A DNA stretch of 63,923 bases, the filler included, from Hausera hauseri (taxonomy: Eukaryota), in assembly GCA_046269625.1 (NCBI GenBank). It is 12 parts of 12 records of this genome, joined end to end, with 100 filler letters (N's around TTAATTAATTAA, not from the genome) between each part and the next. Parts side by side here need not be neighbours in the genome. Positions count along the whole stretch, not along the records: positions 48,201 to 52,281 come from JBJURY010773427.1; positions 52,382 to 58,490 come from JBJURY010139316.1; positions 58,591 to 63,923 come from JBJURY010276729.1; 9 more parts are not named here. One strand, written 5' to 3'. Below, piece after piece: positions 50,778 through 62,244 of the stretch. The position numbers were made by a program, and so were the translations under genes. The notes below the pieces were generated by a model that was not told the DNA's origin, did not search any database, and saw nothing but the letters and a program-made list of their open reading frames with translations. Positions within the stretch are counted from its first letter, which is position 1. Every line of letters begins with the position of its first letter.

Positions 50778-52381
50778 GAATCACCGCAAATAAGGATAAT
50801 TCTAAAAAACAAGAAAAAGCGTTCTATACACGACACACAGAAGAAAGAGTAAACAAAGAGGAAGACGTGGGAGACGATATTGAAGCACGGGTCAACACGT
50901 ATGTAATTCAACGATCAGAAGGGAAAATGACAAAAAATAAAATAGCATTGCATACGGTGGACGTATGTTTGGAGAATGGAGAGCGAAAAATAAAAGTGTG
51001 TATGTTGTTAGATGATGCGAGTACAGAATGCTTCGTAAAACGTTCTGTCGCAAAGCAATTAAAATTAACTGGTAGTCAGGAAAATGTGTCCGTCATGGTG
51101 GTAGGTGGAGAAACAACAAAGTCGAAAATGAAAAGGATAAAAATGAAATTACGAAGTAAGAACGGAAAGGTTGACATCCCATTTAAAGCGTTGGTCCCCC
51201 ATGATCCAATTGGGAAAATGATGGCCGTAAATTGGGAGATCGAGAAAAGAAAATGGCCACATTTGAGAGAAATAAAGTTTGCCGCTTAAAAATTGCAGAA
51301 ATCGGTTGATGGGATAATCGGTGCGAACTATATGCATTTGCATAGGTCTATAAAGGAAATAGCAGGAAAAGCAAACGAACCTGTAGCCGGATTGACTCCA
51401 CTCGGATGACCGTGAGTTGGTGTGATCGGAGATGAAAGAAAAAAGGTAAGGACGAATTTCGTTAGAACATTTTGGACAAGAACCGATAAAGTGCAAGAGG
51501 ATTGGAACAGATTATGGGAAGCAGAACAGGGGTTCCAAGAAAGGACGGAGCTAAATAACTTAGAGATTGAATTGTTGGAAAAAGTAGCTAACGGAATAAA
51601 ATATGAAAAAGATAGATATTGTGTTAAACTACCCTGGAAGGGAGAGAAACATCCAGACGTCAGTAATTTTGAATCTTCATGGATGGCGAAAAGAAGGTTG
51701 GAATTACTAATAAAAAATTAGATAAAGATGTTAAAGTGAAAGCGGAATACGATAAGGTTATTAAAGAATATGAGGAGAAATTGCATATAAGAAAAATACC
51801 GAAAGAAAAAGAAGAGGAAACAAAATGGCTATTACCGCACTTTCCTGTATTCAAGTTTGATCGTGACACCACGAAATGTCGAATAGTGTTTGATGCGACT
51901 GCAAAAATTAAGGAAAAGTGTCTAAATGATTTCTTAGAAATCGGTCCAAAATTACAACTCGACGTAGTTAACATCTTACACAGAATGCGTCGCAATAAGT
52001 ATGTTTTAATTTGCGACATACATGAAATGTTCCTCCAAATTGCAGTGGATTCGACAGATAAAAAATATTTACGTTTCATATGGAAGGAAGATAATAAATA
52101 AGTTATCTACGAATTCAATAGATTGGTGTTCGGACTAAATAGTTCTCCTTTTTTAGCACAGTTAGTATCCAGAGTGAATGCGGAAGGATTTGAAAAGGAA
52201 TATCCAAGAGCAACGGAAACTATAAGACGATCTACGTATATGGATGACTGCATAGATTCAGGTCCAACAGAAGAGGAAATANNNNNNNNNNNNNNNNNNN
52301 NNNNNNNNNNNNNNNNNNNNNNNNNTTAATTAATTAANNNNNNNNNNNNNNNNNNNNNNNNNNNNNNNNNNNNNNNNNNNN

Positions 52382-52605
52382 AATATAAGTCCAATGAGGA
52401 AATTAATACGTCGTTGTTGTCGTTTTCTCTTCATTTTATCCGCGATACGTTTTACGAAGTGAGATATGACTATCAATTTAATATACTCTCGCCTGCTCAT
52501 TATTCTCGTTTTTGTCAGCTCACATAGATGCTGAACGTCAAACACGTGTCCCGTCATTATTTCATCTGCCAATTTCAGAAATGCACTATCAATGTACTCT
52601 TCCAT
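52382..52605 (-). CDS. Small unknown ORF divergent from PolB
   Basis: Homologous to 45048-45293 and in the same relative position. Confidence 0.6.
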
Positions 52606-52749
52606 TTAAGTTGTAATATGTAATATGGTTGATATGTTTATACCTGCGTAAAAGAAATAAGTTAGAGTATAACAATTTATTATATAAGTGTATTTAATGT
52701 TAACATTTACTTTAATTTGTTTCTAATTCAGAAATAAAATCAATATCCT

Positions 52750-55700
52750 ATGTATTGCGTCGCTCGCACATGTGAGGAGGCAGAACAGTGCCATCAACAG
52801 ATAGTGAAATATTATAGTGTTGGACTGGACACATATCTGTGTCAGACGTGTAATAATATTTCAGCCAAATGTCCGTACACCGATTTTTATGAGATGCACA
52901 AGCATCATCTCGGACCGTTTACACGGTCGAAGAAGAAGATGCTAGTGCATTGCCACATTTATCCACGGTATTGAACAATTTTATAATAAGCACAAGGACC
53001 ACTTAAACCAGTTTCAGAGGCCCAGAAAGGAAATATTAATGGAGGCAACAAAAAGCACTATTCCATCAACAAGAAGGAAACGTCAAGCATCAACAAGTGT
53101 TGACGAATACCTACAAAGCAACAATACAGATCAGCAGCAACAGCAGGAACCGACCATTACTGTCAAGTACGATCTAAACAGATCGTACATGGACATAAAA
53201 GTAAACATGTTGGCGAAATCAGCAACTCAACTGAGGCATGTATCGGCTCATATGCGCAACCAGTTAGAAACCGAAGTGGAGAAATTCAAACACCACAACT
53301 GCAAAGTGCAATATTATGCACTTGCAGAATTTGAGAATCTGCATAGTGACAGGAAACTATGGTACCTGTCACATCGAGCAGTTCCATATTCCAAAGATTT
53401 CATTGCCGACATAGGCGAAAAGCTGGACGAAAGATTCGCCAACTAGACCGAAAAAGGCAGTGGTTGGCGAGTAATGAAAATTGTCACTCTCGGTTTTATT
53501 ATAACAAAGTCGAGTGACATAATTTACCTGTCCGGACATTCATTCATACCGACACCTGAAGATCTAAAGCACTCTTATTTGGTAGTAAATGTAAAAAACA
53601 CGGACGATGATTACTGTTTTATTTGCAGTATTCTGGCGGTATTAAAATATGATGAAGTAGACAGACATAGTGCATATCGTCCAAGTCAGTATCGGCAGTA
53701 TTTCTCCGAATTGCAATTCGACGAAAACTGGATGCCGATGAAACTAAAAACCATTCCAATATTTGAACGGCGTAATCCGACACTGTCAATCAACGTGTTC
53801 CGGTACAATGCAATAGTTGAAATACCGGCGGATGAAAAAATTTACAAGAATCCCTATGTGGATATAATCTATTGAAGTCGAAACCCGAATGGACGCACAG
53901 TAAATTTATTATTGTTGGAGCAGGCAGAAAAATTTCATTACGTGGCCGTGACAAATTTGGAACGACTATTGAACATGGACCACCATCATTTTATCGAAAA
54001 GCGTATACGTTGTAAATGGTGTCCTGTATGTCTGCATGGCTTCAAATCAGAAACCACGTGGGAAAAACATGTGACGCTGTGCAGACAGAATGCAGGAACA
54101 GGAACAACGATATACGTCATGCCAGTCAAAAAGGAGCTGCGATTTAGTGACGGGTCTAAAACGGACAGTCCAGCTTATGTGGTATATGTTGATTTTGAGG
54201 TAATCCTACCACGGCACGACGTATACGATCAAAAACATGTTCCAATCGCCGTCGGAATGTTGATTGTTCCAATAAAAACTGCAGGTCAATTGCAGTATTA
54301 CATGTTTCACGGCTGGGACTGTGTACGTGATTTCCTGCATCATTTGGAAACAACAGTTGAATCGGAAATCGCACCGTGGTATCGCAATAACAGCGCAAAA
54401 CCCCTAATTTGGACAGACGAAGACGAACGCCTGATGTTTGCAGTCACAGAGGAATGTTATCTGTGCCACAAAATATTACCGCTTGATGCACAGGAACAGC
54501 TCGTACCGGATTGTGACCATTTTACCGGTTGATATCTCGGTGCAGCATGCAATTCATGCAATTTGGCGAGGCGTGTGTGGCCATTCCCACAGGTGATCTT
54601 TCATAATTTCCGAGGTTATGATTGTCATCATATACTCAAATGGGCCATTAACGGATTTCCGCACTGGGAACTATCCATAATCCCAACAATAATGGAGAAG
54701 TACCTATCCTTATTGGCACGCATAAACCGGTTTCAGATACGATTTCTTGACTTATTGCAGTTCCTCAATAAATCTTTAGCAAAGCTCGTAAATGCCTTGC
54801 CGGATGTACCGCTAACACTGACGCAGTTCCCCGCACATATTTCATGCAGCAAAGGCATATTCCCGTATGATTTTGCTGTACCGTACGAGCGACTGCAGAC
54901 AACAGAGGAGTTGCCACAACAATGGGCCGGAATTACAGAGGACGAGTAGCAGAAAGCGCAGAAATTTCGGAAAGAGCTGAACTGCATGCAACATGTTGGA
55001 GTACATTCTCCAGTACCTGAAACTGGACGTGTACTTGTTAGCCGACGTATTCCAAGCGTTTCGGGCTAAAGCGTTGGAGGAAGATAGGCTGGAGCCGCTT
55101 AATTTTTACTTTATACCGGGGATGAGTTGGAAATCAGCTCTAATGTCAACAAACATCACGCAGCCAGTGGTAATGATACCACCACCACATCAATGCTGTA
55201 TACTGACATTAATAACCTGTACGGTTTGGCGCTTTCGCAACCTTTTCCGTACGGTTCATTTGAATGGGTTGTCAAAAAAACAGGAATTGGATGCATTAAT
55301 GGACAGTCTACCAGCAGCAACACGACAGAAAGCAGCTCAGTCGGCAACCTAATGGAAGTCGATCTCGTGGTACCAGGTGAGCTGCATGACGCTTTGGACA
55401 AATTACCCGTGGCACCAATCAGCCAATGTCCACCCGGCGGCTCAAAAGTAAGGAAACTGCTCATGACGCATGAACTGAAATCGAATTATGCGGTTAATTG
55501 GCGTCTACTGCAGTTTTAAATGCAGTTCGGTGTACGCATTATACAGCTGCATCGTGCAATTCGCTTCAAACAGGCTCCGATATTCGAGGAATACTTTGAT
55601 GGAAATTCGGAGAAACGAGCCGCAGCTTGTACAAAGTTCGAAAAGGACTATTACAGGCTCAAAAACAATTCACTGTACGGCAAAACAGTGGAGAAACTAA

Positions 55701-56441
55701 AAAAGCATATCAATGTGCGCCTGAGCAACAACAAAAAGCGCCTGGTTACGTATACCAGCAAAGCACAGTTTCGGCGATCGATGCACATTGCCGACGGATT
55801 AGTCGCCGTGCTTCTCAACAGGGAAGAAGTAGTACTGGACCGGACAAGCTACATCGGACAAGTAGTACTGGATCTGAGCAGGTTACGCATGTACGAGCTA
55901 CAGTATCGCGACTTGGCACATTACCGGCAACGGAGGCTGCAAGATCAATATCGTTGCCGGTGACACAGATAACTTTTTCCTTGAGCTGAAAAACATCGAT
56001 CGGGACCAGCTGCTTCGACAAATGATGACAGATGGACTATTGGACACGTCCAACTACTCGCAGAATCATCCGCTGTACAGCAGCTCAATGATAAACAAAA
56101 TCGGCTGCTTCAAGGATGAAAGCGAAGGCCGTATCCAGTACCGAGTATGGATATTCCTACGCACAAAGTGCTACAGTCTTTTGACAGATTGTGGGCCGAA
56201 AATGCGCGCAAAAAGCATCCAGATGAATTAGACGGAATTAAATCACGGTGATTATCGCCGTGTCTATGATGGAGAAGAAGAAGAATCAAAGGCTGTTGTG
56301 TCCCAAACGACCATACGATCGATTGAGCACTAGCTATATACCATAACAAATAAAAAGATTGCTTTGTCATGCAACGATGATAAGCAAAAGTGGGTGGGGC
56401 GGAATAAAGGTTGGGCGTATGGACATTGGCGTTTGAAATAA
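52750..56441 (+). pseudogene. Protein-primed DNA polymerase B, near full length, decayed
   Basis: YVDFE, endonuclease-VII-like C..C...DHFTG.YLGAAC..CN, FHNFRGYD.H, KGIFPY, YLKLDV.LLADVF, YTDINNLYG.A.S, LKNNSLYGKTVE, GDTD, GCFKDE, K.YS, DDK, YGHW. Confidence 0.93.
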
Positions 56442-56809
56442 AATATGTACAGATACATTAGTTGCACCGACAAACCGGTTCAAATATTCAATTCATTCCC
56501 GCCAAATTATTGACAATTACGTACATTTGTGGTTTTTTCGCATTTCTTTTCTATTGTACATATTGTATTACATTCCAGTAACGTATTTTTGTACACTGGT
56601 TTTTGTCTTCTGTTTTACGCATTTTTAAGTTAACAAGGGGAATGAAGCTTAATTTGGAAAATATTACATAAAAGAGTTACGCGCTACACATTATTGTTCA
56701 TGACCTATAATTAACAACATACAGTGACAAATGCAAAACAAAAAATACAAAACACAAACTCAAATACTTTTATTAATTATAATCAACAACGCAATAAGTA
56801 AATCAAATA

Positions 56810-57290
56810 AGGCTAAACGTCCCCAGTTTCCACATTGGCGATTTAACGCCATACAATTCTTGTGCCTTTCAATTTCAGCGTCAAGCAGCTTTTAGCACCT
56901 TCGGATAGCAAAGTCGTCGCTTCTGCTTTTGTTGTTGTTGTTGTTGTTGTTGTTTCATTCCCTCTTGAACGGACAATATTTTTTATATTGCCCTTGAGAA
57001 AAAGAGATGATGTGTCCAGAATATCATTGGACAACACCAAATCACTGTCGACGTTTTTCAGTGTTCGTTCCATCGTGTCCAAATCACTGTCGCTGATTGT
57101 CTTTGCCAACAAACCGCATTTCACCTGTTTGAGTTTGGCCGGTTGCGCCAATGACAATTGAATGGGCGTTCATAGGTAGTTCAATTTGTAGTCATTGTAC
57201 AACCGTGACGTTTCTGACTGAATATTGATTGTATCGTGGTTGACTTGCAGCAGCAACATCACTGAATTTGGATGCTTCACTAGAATTCCT
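56810..57290 (-). pseudogene. Unknown Maverick ORF, possibly OB-fold/ssDNA-binding (inference)
   Basis: Homologue of 35077. Beta-strand-like C-terminus CLTLKLKG / ELYGVKSPMWKLG across a frameshift. Confidence 0.45.
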
Positions 57291-57488
57291 TGTTGCTGTT
57301 GTTGTTGTTTTGTAGAGGCAGAGAAAGAGAGACGGAGTGAAATGAAATTATACCGATATATATACCTGTCTAACACCTTGTTTTGTTTATATTACAAACA
57401 TGTCAACATTGAGACTTATTGCAACAAATTGCCCCAATAAACTCCACGAAGCTGTTGTGTTACATATTACAAAAGTCAATGTATTCAT

Positions 57489-57963
57489 TTATTCATAATA
57501 AATGTGTACAATTTCCATTATAGCACATTTACATTCTGGACATTGGTGGGTTACTTTGGTGGTGGAGCACATTTGACAAACAACGTGATGACCGCACATT
57601 AAGTATACCGTATCCGTTTTTCTTTGTTTACATAGTACATATAAACTGACAGCCTCGTACTTTGTCCATTCTCTTTTCATTCAATTTCGTTAATTCACAG
57701 CGTAACTTTTCAACAGTATTAAAGTAATTTGTATCGTACAATCGGTGAATGTACATTTGATTTAACACAATAATTAGACTTTCTATAGAGCTACAATCTG
57801 TTGCTGTCATCAATGCTATTGATGCTAAATATTCTTTAAATCCAAAATCACCTGCTGCTCTCGCAATCAGTTCACTATCAAGTACTTGCCACCATCGTTT
57901 CAAGTCTAACATTGATAATCCATCAAAATTTTGCAATTTCTTCAGTTGATTAACTATTTCCAA
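57489..57963 (-). pseudogene. Small protein with a C-terminal IAP-type RING finger (frameshifted)
   Basis: VLCKQRKTDTVYLMCGHHVVCQMCS..THQCPECKC.IMEIVHIYYE. Homologue of 34402-34885. Confidence 0.75.
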
Positions 57964-58039
57964 GATAATTACTATTATTTCCTACCCATATTTATAGTTT
58001 TTGAATGATTCAACTGACCAATACGGCGGACCTTATTTA

Positions 58040-58490
58040 CGGAAAGAATTAAAAAGAAACAGAGAAATACATTTATTTATTTGCATGAAATATAGTCAAT
58101 ACAAAGCCATAGACATTTTTGCAAGCCCCATGCGGCCCATGATCACGATACGGACATATAATATTATCAGGTACCATCGCCAGCAGGCTGTTCGATGTTG
58201 AATACGTCGCCATTCGCAACTCGGGAACATGTGAATGTAGTTGTCAAACTTTTGTCCGTCACTTTGATCTTTAATGTAAAATATTGCATTTTCCATGTCA
58301 AAACGATTACAAATGTCTACCATAATACACGTCACACAGAAAATTGAATCGCCTTCATACCACTGAAGCCCATGACGATGTCGAAAGAGAAATCCGTTTT
58401 TAAATTTCACCTTTTCCGTCAGGTAATTCCACACAACTCCGGGCTTGGTTTCAAAATGTTACCGACGTCCATAATGCATAATTCCTTGAT
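58040..58490 (-). pseudogene. Maverick DEDD-like nuclease homologue, 5' cut by the contig edge
   Basis: IKELCIMD...FL.RHRHGLQWYEG...FYIKD...CPYRDHGPH. Confidence 0.6.
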
Positions 58491-58832
58491 NNNNNNNNNN
58501 NNNNNNNNNNNNNNNNNNNNNNNNNNNNNNNNNNTTAATTAATTAANNNNNNNNNNNNNNNNNNNNNNNNNNNNNNNNNNNNNNNNNNNNCTTTTCTCGA
58601 TTAACTCAAATTATAATAATTAGGGTTATTTTCAGTGATTTTTATTTTTAAAAATTAACCACTTACCAATTTCAAGTTATTTGCCTAAATATTCTCAACC
58701 ATTTTGACTCTTGAACTACTCAATGCCTATATTTAACAAGACTGATGAAAGTCCATGAAGCACATAAAACCAGTCTGGTTTTATGGTCACAGATTCTGGA
58801 GATTTGATATTCTAATTGGCAGTTATATACTT

Positions 58833-58900
58833 TGCCCCATGTGAGGATCAATCTCACGACCCTCAGATGATGAGACTAACACACTACCTACTGCGCTAAT
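58833..58900 (-). pseudogene. tRNA-Met(CAT) pseudogene, 5' acceptor strand lost
   Basis: Reverse complement ATTAGCGCAGTAGGTAGTGTGTTAGTCTCATCATCTGAGGGTCGTGAGATTGATCCTCACATGGGGCA. Confidence 0.75.
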
Positions 58901-59442
58901 ACAGAAAAAAAACCTTAAAAGCACCACTACTTCTTGTAAAGTAACAAGTCTGCTCTTCTAATCAGCATGACATGATATCTTGCCACCATTAACCGCTTCT
59001 GCTGAGAAATTATGTTAGCAGGCCATTTCATATGAAATTTCCAATTTCCATTTGAAATGAAGTGGCTTGAATACAGTAATTTTTGTGAAAAGGTCTTTTT
59101 TTGACTTTGCAATAAAATTAAATTCATCTGATCACTCTACACAATGTAAAGTTAATACAAAATATGTGCCTCATGTTCTGCACATGAACTAAAATCTGCC
59201 CTATATGAGGAACAAACGTACAACTTTTAAATAATGCAGCATTTTTGACCTAACTAGGCCAATGTATTTACAATTTGAAAGGTGAATTAATGTATTTTAA
59301 TAGCTGTAGAATAATCATATTCCTACATTCAGAACCATTGTGACTCTCAAAATTATCCCTGCCTGTTTTGTAACATGGCTGATGAAAGTCCAATCGTTTG
59401 CATTATGGCCAGAGATTCTGGAGATTTGGTATTCAAAGACTT

Positions 59443-59515
59443 TGCCCCATGTGAGGATCGAACTCACAACCTTCTGATTATGAGACTGACGCACAACCTA
59501 CTGCACTAATGAGGC
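59443..59515 (-). tRNA. tRNA-Met(CAT), elongator type, probably degenerate
   Basis: GCCTCAT-TAGTGCAGTAGGTTGTGC-GTCAGT-CTCATAA-TCAGA-AGGTT-GTGAGTTCGATCCTCAC-ATGGGGCA, 73 nt, close to vertebrate tRNA-Met. D and anticodon stems have mismatches. Confidence 0.8.
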
Positions 59516-60055
59516 TCCTGCTATTAAGTTTTCTACCTTATTTATCAAGCGTATTAGAGTGCTGAGAATTTTAGGTCTATTCTCAAATTTAAGAATAAAA
59601 GCTATTTTTCAACCTTCGCAAGTCTAAGAATCACTCATACTCCCTCAACTATTTAAGAGACCTTCAAAGGTGGCCTAAGTGGTTGGACTTGACAGTAGAT
59701 GGCGACAATGAAGTGAAAAAATTTACTTTCAAATCAATCACCATGTTTTCACTCACACGTACAGATCACAGATCAGGAAAACACACTTTCTCTGCTGAAA
59801 TGAGTGGCTCTTTGGATTGGAACAAGTGTTCTGGGAGCAGAAGAACTTCCTTTCCTTGATTTAAATTGATTTGGACTAAATTCTAACCCATTACCAGTAG
59901 CCACACGCATACAGAGCTGCACAATATACTTTCACTCTAAGCACATAAATAATCTTTTTGATATAAGTTGTGATAAACATTGTAGACACTCACTAATGTA
60001 TACAGGTACTTTAAAATGTAGATTTTTAGGGTGATGTGATCTTTCTTATGTACTA

Positions 60056-62244
60056 CCGTGTTTCCCCGAAAGTAAGACCCTGTCTTACATTCTTTTTAAC
60101 CCACCCTGTCTTACTTTCGGGGAGGTCTTACATTAGCCGGAAAAAAAATGACAATTTCTTTTTAACCAAAAAATTAACATTTATTAGCATGCTGAACAGT
60201 AGAATAAAAGAAATGTAGCGTATCAAGAACATCTTGTTATTACCGTATGACGGTATTTACATGTAAAACAACGAACTAAAAACAACAAACAGTCTGAATG
60301 AGTTATACTGGAAGATAAAACAAGATTTATTCCATCACAACCAGGTCATCATCTTCAGGAACATCATCATAAACATCAACACTCTGAGGTTCCTCTGGAT
60401 TTTCTTGGGGCTCTTGAGGCTCCATTTCCGCCTGGATCATTGGCCCATACCTGTCATGTGTTGCAACGGCACTGTCCTGAAATGAGCAGGTCTTGTCCAG
60501 GTAGCCAGCTCGCAGTGCATTTGCAACGCAGGTGTCAGTAATCTTATCCCATGAATTCTTCACCCAGTTCACAATCTCTGGCAGTCTGGGCTTCACAAAG
60601 TTCCCACGCACATTTCTCTCCATTCTGTTCTCAATGTGGTCATTGATCTCGGCACGGAGATTGTCCTTGAAGGGCTTGTTTATGGTGATATCCAGAGTCT
60701 GGAGATAAGCCGTCATCCCTGCCGGAATCATGATCTGGTCGATTCGTCGCTCATGAAGAAAGTTCTTCATGTCTTTGGCGCGGTGTGTGCTGGCTGCATC
60801 CCAGATCAGCATTCCTCTTTGGGTGCCTCGCATAACAAGCGGCAGCATTAAATCAAGCCACTTCCTTATAACAGCTTGTGTGGCCGAGGGTTTTTCAGTT
60901 TCCAGCACATAAATGCCAGAAACCTGCTCAATCTTGTCCTTCTTGCCCTTTGCAATGAGTAGCGGTGTTACTTTAGTGCCATCCAGACGAATCGCCAAAA
61001 TGCAGGTGACACGTGCACTTTTATAAGCGGTGGAGGGAACGTACACAGAGGAGGCACCTCGTTGGTCAATGGTGGTTTGAGCTGCTTGGCCCATGAACAC
61101 GGCAGTTTCATCCATGGCAATCATGTTGGAGAGACTGTACTTTGTGAAGTCAGTGTCATCCACAAACATTTTGTAGGCAAAAGCACGTTTAACTATTTCT
61201 GCATCCTCCAGCCTAAAGAGTGTGGTGGATCTTCTCAGAGACAGGTCATTGCGTTCAAGAAAGTTATCCACCCAGTGCTGTGAGGCCTTGAATTCCTCAG
61301 GGGAAATCTCAAACTGTGGTGCACTTGCAAGAGCAAATTCCTGAATCTGAGCCCTGGTCACCACCAATGTCTTCGCTCTCCTGTCAGCAACCCACTCAGA
61401 GACCAGGGCTTCCAGCTCAGTAAACATTGGTTGCCGACCACATCCAACCTTACGCATTTTAGCCTTTCCGGTCTCCGTTCGTTCACTGATGCGATCATAA
61501 TCAGCTCGCCATTTGCGGACCAAACGTTCAGCCAGCATTTTTGTTTGCAGAATTCCGCAAGATTCTTGCCCCGAGATTCCTCCACTTTCCCTTTTTTGTA
61601 CTCCACAGAGTAGCTTTTTCTTTTACCGGGACCAGAAGAGCTCATCTGGGGGTAAAAATATACGGTATCAGCATTGTTTCTGGTTCCGTATCTGTTTTAC
61701 AGTACGGTACTTTACATTACGGTAGACTGTTCAACAAGCAAGCAATCCCTGCAGCCTCCTCATTGTTGTACGGTACAGTACGGCATCCCCTGCAGCCTCC
61801 CCATACAGTGGTTCTGCCCCCCACTCTGCCACCACACACACTGACACATACGGTACCAGTACAGCCCCACACGGCACCCACACACATATCGTACCGGTAC
61901 CGTACACACACACACTGACATATACAGCTCCATACGGCACCCATACACATACCGTACACACACACACACACAGAGAGAGAGTTTCGGAACTTACCGTTAC
62001 TTTCCTTCTGTTTCAATCTCCTCTGCGGTGCCGGGCTGACGATTCGGATGCCGGACCAATCGGAGCGAGCCTGCAGGCGGTGATGTCGCGGCTGATTCGG
62101 CCAATCAGCTGCGAGCTGGCTGACTGGCCAATCACAGCTCGAGCTGATGGCCTTACAATCGGGGGGTGCCCTACATTGGCGGACCCCCCCGAAACCCCCA
62201 CCCTGCCTTACTTTCGGGGGGGCCTTACTTTCGGGGAAACACAG
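60056..62244 (-). mobile_element. Complete pogo-superfamily (DD35D, Passer-like) DNA transposon
   Basis: TA|CCGTGTTTCCCCGAAAGTAAG ... CTTACTTTCGGGGAAACACAG|TA, with subterminal copies of CTTACTTTCGGGG at both ends. Confidence 0.92.
60327..61645 (-). pseudogene. pogo transposase with one frameshift near the N-terminus
   Basis: KRKSYSVEYK HTH, CENP-B HTH (FKASQHWVDNFLERNDLSLRR), MDET, WD-x35-D (35 residues counted). Confidence 0.9.

Larger units (their letters stand above)
48970..52281 (+). mobile_element. BEL/Pao LTR retrotransposon (Gag-PR-RT) with extra N-terminal modules
   Basis: KL.KLELPKFGG....Y..W...F (DUF1759-type Gag), LLDDAST (PR), VKLPWK, LPHFPV...TTKCRIVFDA, LNDFLEIGP.LQ, DIHEMFLQI, FGLNSSPF, YMDD. 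Confidence 0.93.
52382..58490. mobile_element. Polinton/Maverick-like segment: small ORF, PolB, and three convergent accessory genes
   Basis: Gene content and order are shared with contigs 2, 7 and 9. Confidence 0.8.
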
